Source of the DNA: Candidatus Thalassarchaeaceae archaeon | Lineage (GTDB): Archaea > Thermoplasmatota > Poseidoniia > Poseidoniales > Thalassarchaeaceae | NCBI GenBank assembly: GCA_030747485.1 | Contig: JASLKP010000001.1 | Location: 137,971-201,970, forward strand | Direction: 5' to 3' | DNA: 64,000 bases | Shown here: positions 25,801 through 34,300 of the stretch, in pieces | How positions within the stretch are numbered: position 1 is the first letter of the stretch | Layout: each line of letters starts with the position of its first letter | Notes under the pieces: generated by a model | Seen by the model: the letters and a program-made list of their open reading frames with translations, nothing else | Databases searched by the model: none | Told to the model about the DNA's origin: nothing | Made by a program: the position numbers and the translations under genes

Positions 25801-27579
25801 AATACCACTAGCATCTGTGAGTTCCAAGTACATTGTACGCGCGCCCGCGAGATACGTGGTCTTTCCATCGAAAGCCGCGTGTTCCGCGAGAGGTGCTGTT
25901 GTATCAGAACCACCAGTGTATGTAATTTCCAAATGCGGCTTGTTTGCATTGTTGTTACATCCATAGTAGGTGTAGGTGTTCTGTGTGCACCAATACCAAT
26001 ATGGCGCGTTCGCAGTGTTGCGTACTGCCAAGCCGAGAATATTACCGCTGGTACCAGCGCCATTTCCATCGACTGCATCCTGTACGTCAGATACACCGTT
26101 TGAATTCATCGAAATCGAACGAACTGCACCACGGCTACCCGAGTAGTAGATACCTGGGTCGCTGAGTGTTGTTGTTGCGGACGAATCTGCACTGTTCTTT
26201 GCATATCGAGCGATGTACATACCATAACTGTAGGTGTAACTTGATGGATCAATCATTGTGCTACTCTGTGAAGAGCCACTCTTCATGACCGCGACCTCGA
26301 AGCTGCGGGAACCTGAGCGATATCGGCTCACGTGGTTCTCGTAGTCTACGCTGCTAACAGTTGCACCACTTGGCATGATATTGGCCAAGTTGAATCGGTG
26401 AACAGCATAGCGGTTGTAATACGAGTAACTCGATGAACTCAAGCAAGCAGTTGTGTAACTGTTTGCACCCTGGCAAGTTGCTGCGTTGTAGTTGGTGGAG
26501 TATGCTCTCTCGTAGGAGAAGCTGGTCCAACCGTAGTTTACTGCGTAGCGGTATGCATACCATGTGGTTGCTGACAACACATCGAGTGTTGGGTCAATCA
26601 TAATTGGGTAAGTTCGGTTCTCATCTGTCAACCATGCCGCATCAATTGCGGTAGTTAGCTGAACGTGCTCACCAATCTGCATGATGAGGTACTGACCAAT
26701 TGCTGGCTCTCCCTCAATGTTTGAATCGATTACGAGAGGTGCCGGAACAGTTGCTAGCAAGTCGCCAGTCTCAATGTTCCTAATTGTGAACGAATCGTTG
26801 GTCTTGAAGACCTCGCCATCGCGCAATGGGCTCTCTCCGTTAAAGATCGAATAACCGTGAGGAAGAAGCATTTCTTCCTGCAAACCGAACCAACCATCAA
26901 ATCCTTCTGTAAAGAAGGGCATGTCACGTACGACGAGGTTTTGCTTGACCTGAGTGCTCGTTACCTGATAGTCAAGGGCAATTCCCTCTCCTAGTGGGTA
27001 TCGTAGCACGTTGCCACCAGTCTGTGCGAAATCGGCCGTTGGGTCGAGTCCGTACATCATTGGCGCATTCAAATCGCGCTCCATCATCACTACCGTGGGA
27101 TTAATTCCAGTCAGAATCGGATCGATGTTTCCATCGACCTGAAGCGTGACACCACGGTTTACGTCCATGCTAAATTCGGTTGTGAAGGAGTTCTCCGTCA
27201 CAGCCCAACCCATCGAGGTGGTCTCGATGTTGAGGTCGATCTCCTGCCACACTCCCCCGTCATCGAGGTAGTGGATGGGATCGGTGGCCACAATTGCGAC
27301 CATACCCTCATCAGTTACGTACGTCTTGGAGGTTGCGGTACGACTACCGACGAGTTCATTCTCATCGGGATAGCCGATTTCGGTGTAATCCACCGTTTCC
27401 AAATCCTCCACGCTTAGAGCAAACGGATCATCCACACTGGCCTCAGCATCATCAGCCGCAGTGGCTGAAATTGCGTCAGTCGCAGGAGGAACCGTTTGGC
27501 CCCAGCTCATTCCTATCATCAATAGCGTAAGCAGCAACCAAGTGCCGCCCATTGCCTTATTCTTTCCTTTTGTCACCAT
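13840..27579 (-). CDS. Giant (about 4,580 aa) secreted cell-surface protein/adhesin with beta-helix repeats, cadherin/VCBS-like and CARDB-like segments, a TM anchor and a C-terminal archaeal pilin-like module
   Basis: One uninterrupted ORF runs over 13.7 kb (the track gives 13840..27735). The likely start is the ATG at 27579 (MVTKGKNKAMGGTWLLLTLLMIGMSWGQ, a signal peptide), preceded by GGGGT 8 nt upstream. PbH1-like repeats include NNVMVDCGVGVF, NGNTFVDC, NGNTIEG and TNNDITG. VNDAPVI/NDPPII motifs and CARDB-like DITNLGDDPAEY are present. The composition is very Thr/Ser/Gly/Asn/Tyr/Asp-rich. Confidence 0.9.
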   Translation of the reverse strand: MVTKGKNKAMGGTWLLLTLLMIGMSWGQTVPPATDAISATAADDAEASVDDPFALSVEDLETVDYTEIGYPDENELVGSRTATSKTYVTDEGMVAIVATDPIHYLDDGGVWQEIDLNIETTSMGWAVTENSFTTEFSMDVNRGVTLQVDGNIDPILTGINPTVVMMERDLNAPMMYGLDPTADFAQTGGNVLRYPLGEGIALDYQVTSTQVKQNLVVRDMPFFTEGFDGWFGLQEEMLLPHGYSIFNGESPLRDGEVFKTNDSFTIRNIETGDLLATVPAPLVIDSNIEGEPAIGQYLIMQIGEHVQLTTAIDAAWLTDENRTYPIMIDPTLDVLSATTWYAYRYAVNYGWTSFSYERAYSTNYNAATCQGANSYTTACLSSSSYSYYNRYAVHRFNLANIMPSGATVSSVDYENHVSRYRSGSRSFEVAVMKSGSSQSSTMIDPSSYTYSYGMYIARYAKNSADSSATTTLSDPGIYYSGSRGAVRSISMNSNGVSDVQDAVDGNGAGTSGNILGLAVRNTANAPYWYWCTQNTYTYYGCNNNANKPHLEITYTGGSDTTAPLAEHAAFDGKTTYLAGARTMYLELTDASGIDTTSAGAPHLWYRVDGGSWTGVTSSTIGTCAASAACFFKATIPAQTAPATGTTDVDYFWAFRDTPAPPNGGVSGTTGTLPAGGTGMPNNINAAAISPYGYSIEAIDNAADGDNKWQVKASGWNSYSFYSAVRYYDWQMTYYEPSREYHMEYDTSNCGTGSLSCFSTNAVLDLRYYPGTTRLVTSAYAQANLEKVNLPGISMHAKNGVGHDVIWYHDGSSWGVMGYDVANGNGIEQPNSGGDIYNTFDYGTTDDGYVKVAIPGDITGYFGSFSWNASYSLNSNNRNLFCINTNNHPIMFVRSTYSGAAYSNPCYATYYYYQYNYAWNGWCNPGWDGKVNNGWQIASKVSSIKPTPDTFPPEFNHGGLMDTYVDTSRSLTFTISDVGDPAMGLNTSSGTDANGVLEGPHMQYRTLDADAGTWSAWTTRSFSPVGQTRANCEMNECTWTASIPGTDRGNTVEYTMHAKDLNGNWNNTTAFSYDIATPTKIFVLEWNEMNAGFSQGYTVSYQVRLYDVTNEIEFTYDTSSNPYYDYEYIGFQNPAGTSGEMLRSRGPGYVAGVNQFTNNYRIATDGADYGVETYAAGMSPLFNYDEEMVGSGNGYPYTYYCTRYFTQNRGDCSTVVDLPEGFEFDYFGSTFNGTQGHKIHAIRHGAMQFSQSSTTNSAQMMYYGWGTTMPSLPSTASYVNNIDLAPYWGYYGAYYCFYNSAIECSIRSKMIPFDGAGMDVTQDITDPTIWDAEQSPIRVNPANGDYLQVSADLTIEAGVEVQIAEGKGIVFTGACNSLTVNGNATHPVMIKNMGTNYAKGLAFTNGCVDTEDRHTFTHTNFENLSIAISAGSRHGASPHYNGNVGNFTFSDVTFNNVDTAISHGSGQGTGFDLSGVSVSNSADSCVDLPDDSSLTWIGGSATDCNTHGYAGQGAVNTGSGSTVVMENVDITDAGVNGIFGAADSLWMSNITVDASGFSGQQSGTAVAQTGSSSSGTSIYAFNVDMNNYVAAMTTHATDSLHLEDLDSTGDSNGYYIAPAGASSPAIGDTGWTMDGMVADGGLTMSRTQPSNMDNIDLGGALSLSGSAPSTDRMSGSTVSAAGMTINGCGWNIAMDGVSLGDGSSDTWVSANCASTSSSNVVTISDGTMSGDSTNNNFAYARNSVLTIADMVVTGQTNWGNNLASAGTNGDIRLIDVNFQGNDCLDSNNQADTSVCWVEAASSSAAVYFGGSATVSVYRSGNSGDAFQANHAVTTALVDGSGTEIFNVGTGKTDSGGAATVWLITDLYEMDNNGNTAHSTSYTDHSIYASGGAGQNVTTPTDPWYTAGFATNIGAGYAGDLPLEVGASIYLKLEAFPMDFGGATKDCTFFSNNDSASNVGGYYTYTRQIITLSSDMVLDGCSVHLQGTSLRINRTASSNPTITLRNGAELLISEHDGDYGHIKAQQSTYPWNMDIDNGGQLTIDAGSIRDMNGGLSVGDGGTLEMRNGSTAYGSPNAAASTATVDVDGGTLIINNAVVQNVNSGVGIHLENTAGSSLSNVLVKNAATGIEVHNAAPSIDGFTLTDNTVGMDVEGGMSLPTIYRSTILSGESAGWKTHAIDITSFAKENNYVQVGVNQVYGGGNSDPYFGSYYAKYFLTTDRYRIATKTTGGSLTNVTDASVEGYYPWSTSDATANGLTYSGGVGGAPVWDCNLYGYEYNPGGSYRYGYYYYLINYGGYTQGPNGYYGRDAYPSDFGFRYEAADDLTANTNYYPYHFWGSYWPSFYYAGQWAPPEGFNGLWGNYNVCQDYAYSAVTPNPAGARVAFPIVDTSAADLEQVVMYIDMVHYGADYYADRLDLTVRTGNSVSSLLAADYAREFGTAQIDNGVITGADTGIQIGGARAAADIGTVTVTSPTDQGLLIDGSTSATVDSLQVDGGRYGVRMTNAAGGKLGLTNMALDSQTNDGLVLSKALNMDASGSITNAGYCGIKVLASSTHDWEFDAMTIDNNGVGVNHAGSGNVFISNTDFNGNTDDVKLSNGATMDFLEGTVDANTVTADDASKFTRLRSLDVDISADGSGVASAPVKILDGDNKVIDSGTTDATGEVNDLTFVTWTVDSSGQSTANLAGYQLVTIAKIAYNSGSTIDIRYAMNGITVADTSGNTASATLTQSIDSRICYGSASASYNVMGACTGLNYRDDRTVDGVDEYGYYVGDQGSSTEYDMTNQVIQMDSPYNYFDIGSKGVSFNNSVIFTTGTYNQMTTMYPVYPYDGHLYMDNVTIIAMGDESTSGPSSFRIGYSGTYAYGQIHITNSDLLGLNAIATGSGYYLNNGDLEVTDNMIVHYRSSEKSTSIFYDDMCIQSSGYDDVVIENNVMVDCGVGVFVPNNFYATSSTYNGNGTNNMQVNGNTFVDCVNLCMWYYLNADATNAQFNGNTIEGMSPRYAVYNQDGTVHDIEIDGNTLHADNPIYLRGTREWTITNNDITGIKSASNACIYALNGFGTIEGNSCTDADGGIALSGVRSGQEVHINANTIDFSYGRLPTSAVGIYVNGCGLDEVFMANNVISTVMNGLNTNGCDVTDNGSSYTAMGGRAARIHNVDMQQSTFSPSHLTGVCIGDSVRWTSRAYGSSNTPHTTTSDAGQAESWDSGTMNLGSSFVHQFNNAGNFSYYSSSATTVTGTVEVTACTSNLQTTGIDIMGGGDDITLNGVTVTGYGLGLTQDGGDLTLAGNSLITGDAIAVELTDVDVVTAGAILQANDTYGIALDVSSAGGNDVLDMTGLSVSGSIGVLADGHEMMRWNGGVADADTVLKVVNGASGTIENMTGSFEVAPGVIMPVPWSSTAGCANAVTCGGPTTQINAGAYSTITSIGNGVLNNGAIGAGPTKLVIDSDAIVHEGNLLDLTVTHNGGPASDVGLYIRSIAQATNLATGELVNVPGGRAEYVSPSWRASAGRSITIDGIYYDWYGSNLLNSADDMMPGAVAVNATTQANMHVTWDANFMYVALIGPTFSLTDGMAYLDTGAGGSNQGDNWHVTHTLPFEADYMLWMEDLNNWGIRKVMPTGNWVDTTSSCTSLDAYLFMGNPYLSTPVSEFRIPWDCVGSPTHNVRWIALTQWDGVPGFGSAGQVAGVFPEQSYDPSTTSGQTFTEMGNFNLVGGDLADGTLDDHLLIFRTYTGSNTPGNAHIYQIMVKTNNAEGDYYDWGDYAPLIMTTNQDVTIDILRAKPVIENLVDVEYDEDSGSHTITLNDKASDHQDTSDSLSWFVTDYPGNTHTYATPYSYTLNGNAGTAGGLNDASLSIDTLQDQFGGHRLVLTVIDSHGMTAMQTMNVGIWNVNDPPIICNTARFDCMPVFYDDGAGNLNVHDENFNGLITKGLGDTSNASLSYVVDMANEQTQSDWNNEAIPQTYTWMADEGLDCTPFSTTVTMNVIEIAENTANEAGGNCDIVMSLSDGANMNSEAADVTVNFIVNPVNDAPVIETFDAVAGDYVETSNGSLQLDWFWDVMEDDEDATNLTFDLSRLMADNDHPLEQLSWSVEETQLCPYENYFSITVDNAADTLELDLIDDAATDAPTSEIDFLQDADGDGVADGGVHQIQPPSGVYCTVYLWLNDTATAPSHIDYAQSPSGVYEQRTVRETIYIRVINTPEARADYQFTDGGDFNWLNIEAVLPGTRVPVDIDITNLGDDPAEYNYAHDVQVRFYVDDNPTLMQDQITLSWDNGDVPGIGESKTIRGHVTVNNPSEYVRAFIEVRTINPHTGDYIDSSIRRSALEELNWGNNNVTTDDTGNGLPSMVMLRPALSVSSFAPGLVAVSLVGAFVGALLMRSRQDDDEAEFTALSDDDEAVSPVIATILLVAITVVLSGVIYVWAQSLAQDSTGKATPRMTFDEEARFQHTSDESLWYWRIAVLDGEELAAQAVFVKVEWMDGEGEMQSYTTSLANPDGVYGRIPSNSPDALVTYKDSINCAQDCSAGFGASDFIQVRMTDPANDDERIDSATITLQYAPAGGSAYILMTYGATFNPPAISPVY

Positions 27580-27915
27580 ATACATACCCCAGTCTGTTGT
27601 ATGAACAGGCGTTCCCACGCTTTGTCGCTCATATAACCGTATGGGTGCAAACCGTTTGAATCGCCCATTCAGTTCGGTAAACTGCGCCGCATTTGATGAG
27701 GCATGAAATCGGGAAAAAATTACTAGTACAAACAATTTGTAACAAAATTTTCAAGAGGAAAAAAAAGGGAATTATTGGAGTGAAATTTCGAAATATCTCA
27801 GTGTATTTGACAGTGAAATCTGAATTAAGAACGCACTACAGAGCGGCTTTTTCCAAAGACCAGGGCATTTGATGATCATTTATGAGAGATTTTTGAACGG
27901 CAGGAAGTTGAAACG

Positions 27916-27951
27916 AAAAAAGGGGCCGGAACCCCGTAGGGGTTCCGGCCC
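27916..27951 (-). terminator. Intrinsic-terminator-like element: 13-bp GC hairpin (GGGCCGGAACCCC-GTA-GGGGTTCCGGCCC) followed on the minus strand by T6
   Basis: Perfect stem at 27923-27951. The A6 run at 27916-27921 on the plus strand is a T6 run downstream of the hairpin on the minus strand. The element lies 49 nt after the stop of the 28000..31251 gene, and a second small hairpin (CTGCC-TCAAG-GGCAG) sits at 27957-27971. Confidence 0.6.
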
Positions 27952-27999
27952 GGTCGCTGCCTCAAGGGCAGGTCTTGTCATCTTTCGTCGCAGATGAGA

Positions 28000-30900
28000 T
28001 CAGTAATCCCATTCTTTGTCTTCGCCTTCGCCGCCACCGCCACGGGTGAGGATGAAAGCACCACCAATAACGGCCAAGACTACCAGTGCAATGATTGCAT
28101 ACATTGCCTGTTGTGGAGCATCACTGCTACCTGCGTCGCCACCATCGTCAGTGATGATTGTGTCTGGAATGTCCAAACCTTCTGAAGCATCCATAACTAA
28201 GACTGCTTCCGAAGTGGCTACATTTCCAACGTCGTCAACACCAGTTACACCGAAGTACAACTTAGCATTACATGCACCTTGACACATGGTCTGCTCAGTC
28301 ACTGTAAGTGAGGTTGTGGTGTCCTCTGTTTCGGCGCAGGTTGTAGTCGGGTCGGTCTCGTACGCACTTACTAGTCCATCCCAGTCGGAAGCTCCGAACT
28401 CAAATGCACCCCAACAAATAATCCACCTCTCAACATCTCCTGTGTCGGTTGCTGTCCATGTGAATGACATTGCATCGTTTGCGGTGTTTGGAGTACCTGC
28501 TACATCGGCTACAACTGGTGCAGGTGATACCATACCATCAGCTGTCACTGTAGACGATGCTACAGGTGTGCCGAAGAGTGTGTTTCCACTGCTGTCTGTG
28601 TTGCCATTCTCAACGCGTACAACGACATTGTATGTCGTTGCATCTGAACCAGTTAGTGTCCATGATGTTGTTGTGATTGCCTGTCCTGTGACGTGTGTGC
28701 CATCAGCAACTGCATCGCAACCACTACCATCATCTACACAGTGGTAGATGTGGATGAAATCTGTGTTTGCGTTTGCGGAACCCGAGTCAGATAGTCCCCA
28801 TGTGAAATCGACACGTGCATCTGGTGCTAGGGTTGCTGTTAGGCCAGTGATACCAGTTGCTGGTGGGTCACCACCAGTACTTGATGTCTCAAAGATCGCG
28901 TATGAACCGCTCTCCATGTTTGGCATGTTACCTGAACGGCTGAGAGTCATTGTGACTCCACCGTTTGTAGCTGCTTCGACAGTTGTGCCTAGAGCAGTCC
29001 ATGTTGTACCGTCTCGGGTGAACCATAGGTCGTAATCAGTTCCAGGTGTTCCTGCAGCGTATGTTACTACCAAGGATTCTGCACCAACTTCAGCAGGGCT
29101 GAATAGGTTGGTAGACGTTAATGTAAATGCAACTGCACAAGCGAAGGAGCCTGGATTGTTTCCAAGCACTTCGTCGTCACAATCCGTAAGGGTCATGTCA
29201 GCAGCAGATAGGTTTGCTTGTACGACTGGTGCGTAAACAAGCGAGTAAGACATGGCAGCGCCGGTCACGCTGAGATCTACATCGTACTTGTTCCAAACCG
29301 TCAATGTCATGCTGTCTGAACTGCTTGCACCGTGTTCATCAGTCACTGTTGCAGTGATTGTTCGTGCACCGATCCAAGTCATGTCAGTGACATCTGAGCA
29401 AATTTCGGAACCAGGTCCCTCAATGCACTGAATTGGTGTCACTTGACCCATTGCATTGGAACGGGTCCACGAATACGTTAGGGAATCTTGTGATTCTGTG
29501 TCAAGCCCTCGCGCGCGCATAGTAATCTCGTCACCAACAATCGCTGGTGGGTCTGCAAAATTGCCATCTCGAGAAATTGCATCTAGTGTGACGAAGATCG
29601 TTGGGTTGTCGTTAATGACATCGAAGTAGGTACCTCGCATATTGTTACCGCCATTCATGTCAGTCCAGCAGTCACGGTTATTGCCGCTGCCACAATCATC
29701 AGCACCATCTCCATTTGTTAGGGATGGGTCAATCAGAGAGACTGTTGCAGTTACTGTGTAACGACCAGGCTGTAGGTTGACCGTGATACAAGCCGTACCT
29801 TCAGGTAAGGCTGGAGGTTGGTCACCAAGTGTGGTGTGGGTGTAACTGTCTTCGTTGTCAGTTAGACAATCGACCGCATAACCTCCCATCAAATCAACAG
29901 CGTTTCCATCATCGTCAGTGACTGTGAATTGAACTTCCCAGTCATATGAGTTGTCAGGTGAACTACCACCAGGAACGACGTTTGCCTTGAGGACTGTGTC
30001 GCCTGTGTTGAGGGTTCCTTCTGCTGCTTCGTTATCGCCGCCGGTGAGAGAGGTTAGGGCGATATCATGGAAGACTGAGAAGTAACCGCTAAGTGAAGCA
30101 TCATTGTTACCTGTTCGGTCGTCGTAATCCATTGTTACTTCATCCCAAATTACAGCTTGAGAGGTTCCTGCTTCCGGATCGCCCGGATCTTGGGATTCCT
30201 CTACGTGTGCTTCGTATGAACGGAAGTTAATCAGGTGAGTTTCAACACCGAATTGTTCGACTCCAGATGCTGCTCCTGCATCACCCTTGATGACACCGTG
30301 GAAGGTGTACACGCTACCAAATGTCGGAACTGCGCGCTGTTCTTGGCACGGATTGTCATTGGCTGGACATGGGCTTGCTGGGTCTGTTTGCTCTGCGTTG
30401 GATGAATTGAACCAAATGTCAACTGTAGTTGCGTCGCCAAGAATGACGGCGCAAGTTGCAGTCTGACAAGCAGTTGTGCCAACAGTCAAACTTGTTTCCA
30501 TAGGTAGGTATGAACCCGTGAATTCAACATCGATTGTAGTTTCTCGTGGACTCCACGCTTCTGAACCACTGACGTTCGCACTCATTGCGAAGTTGTGCGG
30601 GCCTTCTCCTTGTTTGGCACCTTGTTGTGCTGAACACTCGCCACCAGGGCCATCGGTCCAGCAGAGATCAACTTGGATGTCGCGATAATGCTGTACGACG
30701 ACATTGTAAGTCATGTCGTTGTTTGTTAGATCATCGTCGTGCGAACTTGTAAGCACTTCAACGCTAACTGTAATAGTGTACTCACCAGGAATGGTTGGTG
30801 ACCATGATAGGTCGCCACCCGATGCTGATTGTACATTGTATGAACCGCCACCCAAGAAGTCACCGGGTGCTAAGTCGTTGAAACTGCATCCAGTTACGGT

Positions 30901-31251
30901 GGTTGTGCCGGGGCATACGGCATCATCGAGGTTGTCGATGATTAATGTCGTTGGTGCGGCCGATGCGGCGACGGTTACGTGGATGTTGAACTCAGTCTGG
31001 CTATTGTCACCATCATTCAGAATGATGGGGCGGAACTTAACGACGTCACCGACGTCGATCCCGTTCCGGGTGTTGCCTGCCTGGTCCACGAACGTCTCTC
31101 GCGGCTCTAAGACATCATGCAGTACGAGTTCGTATGCGGCTCGTCCGCTTGTGTCCATTTCTTTCGAATCCTTCAACTCGACCATGTCAATGCCAGCAAA
31201 GACGCTGGACATCATTAACACGGCGAGAACAATAGGTACTATTCGCTTCAT
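28000..31251 (-). CDS. Large (1,083 aa) secreted, C-terminally anchored surface protein with Ig-like/PKD-like repeats
   Basis: The signal peptide is MKRIVPIVLAVLMMSSVFAG. A PKD-like segment reads ITATVTDEHGASSSDSMTLTVWN. The C-terminal TM helix is AMYAIIALVVLAVIGGAFIL with a charged tail. GAGGGAGGA lies 9 nt upstream of the ATG. Confidence 0.8.
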   Translation of the reverse strand: MKRIVPIVLAVLMMSSVFAGIDMVELKDSKEMDTSGRAAYELVLHDVLEPRETFVDQAGNTRNGIDVGDVVKFRPIILNDGDNSQTEFNIHVTVAASAAPTTLIIDNLDDAVCPGTTTVTGCSFNDLAPGDFLGGGSYNVQSASGGDLSWSPTIPGEYTITVSVEVLTSSHDDDLTNNDMTYNVVVQHYRDIQVDLCWTDGPGGECSAQQGAKQGEGPHNFAMSANVSGSEAWSPRETTIDVEFTGSYLPMETSLTVGTTACQTATCAVILGDATTVDIWFNSSNAEQTDPASPCPANDNPCQEQRAVPTFGSVYTFHGVIKGDAGAASGVEQFGVETHLINFRSYEAHVEESQDPGDPEAGTSQAVIWDEVTMDYDDRTGNNDASLSGYFSVFHDIALTSLTGGDNEAAEGTLNTGDTVLKANVVPGGSSPDNSYDWEVQFTVTDDDGNAVDLMGGYAVDCLTDNEDSYTHTTLGDQPPALPEGTACITVNLQPGRYTVTATVSLIDPSLTNGDGADDCGSGNNRDCWTDMNGGNNMRGTYFDVINDNPTIFVTLDAISRDGNFADPPAIVGDEITMRARGLDTESQDSLTYSWTRSNAMGQVTPIQCIEGPGSEICSDVTDMTWIGARTITATVTDEHGASSSDSMTLTVWNKYDVDLSVTGAAMSYSLVYAPVVQANLSAADMTLTDCDDEVLGNNPGSFACAVAFTLTSTNLFSPAEVGAESLVVTYAAGTPGTDYDLWFTRDGTTWTALGTTVEAATNGGVTMTLSRSGNMPNMESGSYAIFETSSTGGDPPATGITGLTATLAPDARVDFTWGLSDSGSANANTDFIHIYHCVDDGSGCDAVADGTHVTGQAITTTSWTLTGSDATTYNVVVRVENGNTDSSGNTLFGTPVASSTVTADGMVSPAPVVADVAGTPNTANDAMSFTWTATDTGDVERWIICWGAFEFGASDWDGLVSAYETDPTTTCAETEDTTTSLTVTEQTMCQGACNAKLYFGVTGVDDVGNVATSEAVLVMDASEGLDIPDTIITDDGGDAGSSDAPQQAMYAIIALVVLAVIGGAFILTRGGGGEGEDKEWDY

Positions 31252-31383
31252 TTACTAGTCCTCCCTCACAGTGGGTGCTTCGCGACAACTAAATCGCCTA
31301 TTTATACTGATGGGCAGAGACTGTTAGATTTATGCGTTTGAACATTGATTCTTTATATATGTCTAGAACAATCAATTTGTAAC

Positions 31384-34300
31384 TTATTCTACGTCACGCA
31401 GTGCTTCTGCTGGTTTGATGGAGGCAGCCTTCAGTACGGGCCAGACTGTTGCAAGCAATGTCAAAGCATATGCACCCACGACAATCATTGAGATTTCTGC
31501 CCAGGGCATGAGGAAGGATGCGCCCTCTTCACGAAGGAAGCGATCGTACAGAGCATAGTGGAAGCCGATGCCGACGACCGCACCATTCAGAATCCCTAGG
31601 AACGAGACCCATGACAATTCGATGAGGAAAGAAGACACAACCATGCTTCGTTGGAATCCTAAGGCTCGCAAGATACCGATTTGATGTTGACGCTCACTTA
31701 CGTTTCGAACCGTAACGACTGCTAAACCGGCAATGCCCACTGCTAAACCAAGTGCAAGGAAAGCTTGCAAGAGATTGAACATGCTCATGAAGAAGGATTG
31801 GGTTTTGGCGAAGACAACCTCGATGACGATAACACTCACGCCATCTTCAATCATACCTCGTTCAATTTCGTTGGCAATGGCCTCTTGGGTGTCGGCAGGA
31901 GTACCATCAGGTACACTGAACCAAACGACATTTGTCTCTGCATCGAATCGTTCCTCTGCAAGAGATGAAGACATGTAGATTCCAGACATAAACAGGGAAG
32001 ATTCAGAGGTCATAATTCCAGCGACGTATACCGTTCGATTGACACCATTGTTGAATGGATCACTGATGACGATTGCATCACCCACTCTCAAATTCAATGT
32101 GGGAGCAGTATCCACACCACCAATCTCTGAGGGCGATAATGAGTGGTCGACGATGATGAGGCTTTCATCGGACATCACCCGATTCCAAACATCATCAGGT
32201 GTACCGATTTCTTCAGCCCAATATTGTAAAGAAAGACCACCGTGATTGGAGAAATTTTCATCGAAACCTCGTATACTAACCAATAACGATTCACTTTCTC
32301 CATCGACCCTTTCTGCTTGTACTGCACCACTGGAAATGAATGATATTGAATCGAAATCCTCAACTGAATAGTTGCCTAAATCCCAATGAATGAGGTCATC
32401 ATCAAGGTCACTACCAATGGCAATAATCTCGTAATCGCCTCCCGCTTCTTCACCAAGTTCAGTGATGTAATTTCCAAATAATGCACTATATCCTGACAAT
32501 ACTACGACTGCGAACACAACGATGGAAAACATCCCCATTGTCAATGCAGTACGGAAAGGTGTTGCGAGAGGATAAGCGAGTGAAGTGGGCAACACCGAAG
32601 CGATTCGACGTGAAACAGGGGCCAATAATCGACTTACAAACCGTGCGGCAACAGGCGCTAGACTAGTCAATAACAGGACGCCAGCTGCCACAAGGAACAA
32701 TCCAAGAATGATGAATGAATAGGGGCCTTGCTCCCAATCAGAACTTATTGGATCACCGTTCCAGCCCCAGAAAATCATCGAGATACCCAAGATTGTTGGT
32801 ACGAGGCGAGGTAACAATACAGGTCGATGCAATCTCACACTTCTGAATTGAATATCCTCTGGCAGAATCAGGCCAAGGACCCAGAATAGTGGTGGTGTTG
32901 CTGCGAACATCAACAAAAAGCCACCCAATAACCACCAAGCGTGACGGGTACCATCTATGGGTGAACCTGCAAGGAAGGCTAAACCAAAGCAAGCAAGGGC
33001 TGAAAATCCAAGGAAGAGAGTGATCAAAATTGACCACCAAGGCAAACCGCCCTTGAATCGTGTCGGGATACTCCGTATGGCTGCAACGACATTCAATCGG
33101 CTAATCCAAAGAGATGTGAACCAGAGTGTGGACCAAGTGACCAAGAAGCCAGTGGCAAAGCCAGCAAGAAGGCTTTGGAGGGTCCAATCAAAGGTCACTG
33201 CGAGTGAAAATGCATCGCTAAATGCTACATCCATAAATTGCATGAGGACCCAAGCGACACCAATGCCTAAGATGGAACCACAGGCACTTGAAATGAGCCC
33301 CAATAACGCACCTTCCTGAACGAATAAAGTTCGTAAATCGCTTCTCTGCATCCCGATTGCACGCGCCATTCCCATCTCCGGCTTTCGCTCATCTGCGAGC
33401 ATTACGAAGATGTTGATGACAAGCAAAATACCCGCGAAAATCACGAATGTTCCGAAAATCAAGAACAACATTGAGAATGATTCACTGATGATTTCTTTGT
33501 TTTCAATCATGATTAACTTGATTTCATCAACACGTAAATTCGCAGACTGTAAATCGGCTTGTTCATCAGACCAAACAAGGACTGCGGCTTCCATCTGGGT
33601 GAAATTTGACGTATTCAATAAGGTCTGTCCACCAATCAATACGAAGGTGCGATCACCTGAATCGCTGGCTGCAAGTTTCTCTGCATCAGCCATTGATACA
33701 ACACCGAACGTAATCGCATCAAAGGAGGGCTGTCCGGGAGGTGAAGGCACACTCAGATTTGCATCGTCAACAATCAGTACTTCGCCATCGAGCAGTCCAC
33801 GAATTGCAGGAAGGTAACCACGCAATAAGATGGATTCCTCGACTTCCAAATCGAGTGTTTGCCCTGCCCATGAAGATACGTGGATATGCCCCTCAGAAGG
33901 TGATGGGAGACCCATTGTATATTCTCCTGAAAGGGCAATCACAGTCAGTGGAACACGATTCAGTGCATCGATTTTGATTTCTGAAGGGATGCGCCCAGAC
34001 AATGTGTTTTCATCAGAAATAGCAACACCATTTCCAGTCGTTACAATCAGGCGATTTGATTCAAGACTGAGACTCGCATCGATTGAAGATACAGTTGTCG
34101 GAATGGTTTGTGAAAGAGGATTGAACGAAGTCCCATTCCAAGACCAAAGTCCTTCATTTTCAATCCACAGAGCATTCTCATGAGATGCCCACAGTGTCCC
34201 ATTGGGTAATCCCAAACTCCATGCAGAAAGCAGAATGTTGTTGTCTAACAATTGTAGTGTCTGGCCATCATCAATCCAAGACGAATGACCATGTGAAAAT

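Noticed and set aside
13816-27735. About 40 short ORFs (60-173 aa) from the track, on both strands, lying inside the giant gene. Examples are 22220..22741 (plus), 15491..15865 (plus) and 25584..26096 (minus).
   Set aside because: They are antisense or out of frame to a 13.7-kb uninterrupted ORF and have no recognisable motifs. They are Ser/Thr/Val/Pro-rich, as expected from reading a Thr/Gly/Asn/Asp-rich gene in other frames.
27580-27735. N-terminal 52-aa extension of the giant ORF in the track (MFVLVIFSRFHASSN...)
   Set aside because: The extension precedes a textbook signal peptide (MVTKGKNKAMGGTWLLLTLLMIGMSWG) that has an SD-like GGGGT upstream. The extension also contains a TATA-like TTATATGA on the coding strand, so it is more likely promoter and 5' UTR.
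27733-27743. The 11-mer CAATTTGTAAC, and TTACTAGT nearby, occur upstream of both the giant gene and the 1,083-aa surface-protein gene (second copy at 31373-31383). I considered them a possible shared regulatory motif.
   Set aside because: Given about 3 kb of A/T-rich intergenic DNA, one or two exact 11-mer matches are expected by chance, and the distances to the starts differ. The match is not convincing without comparative data.
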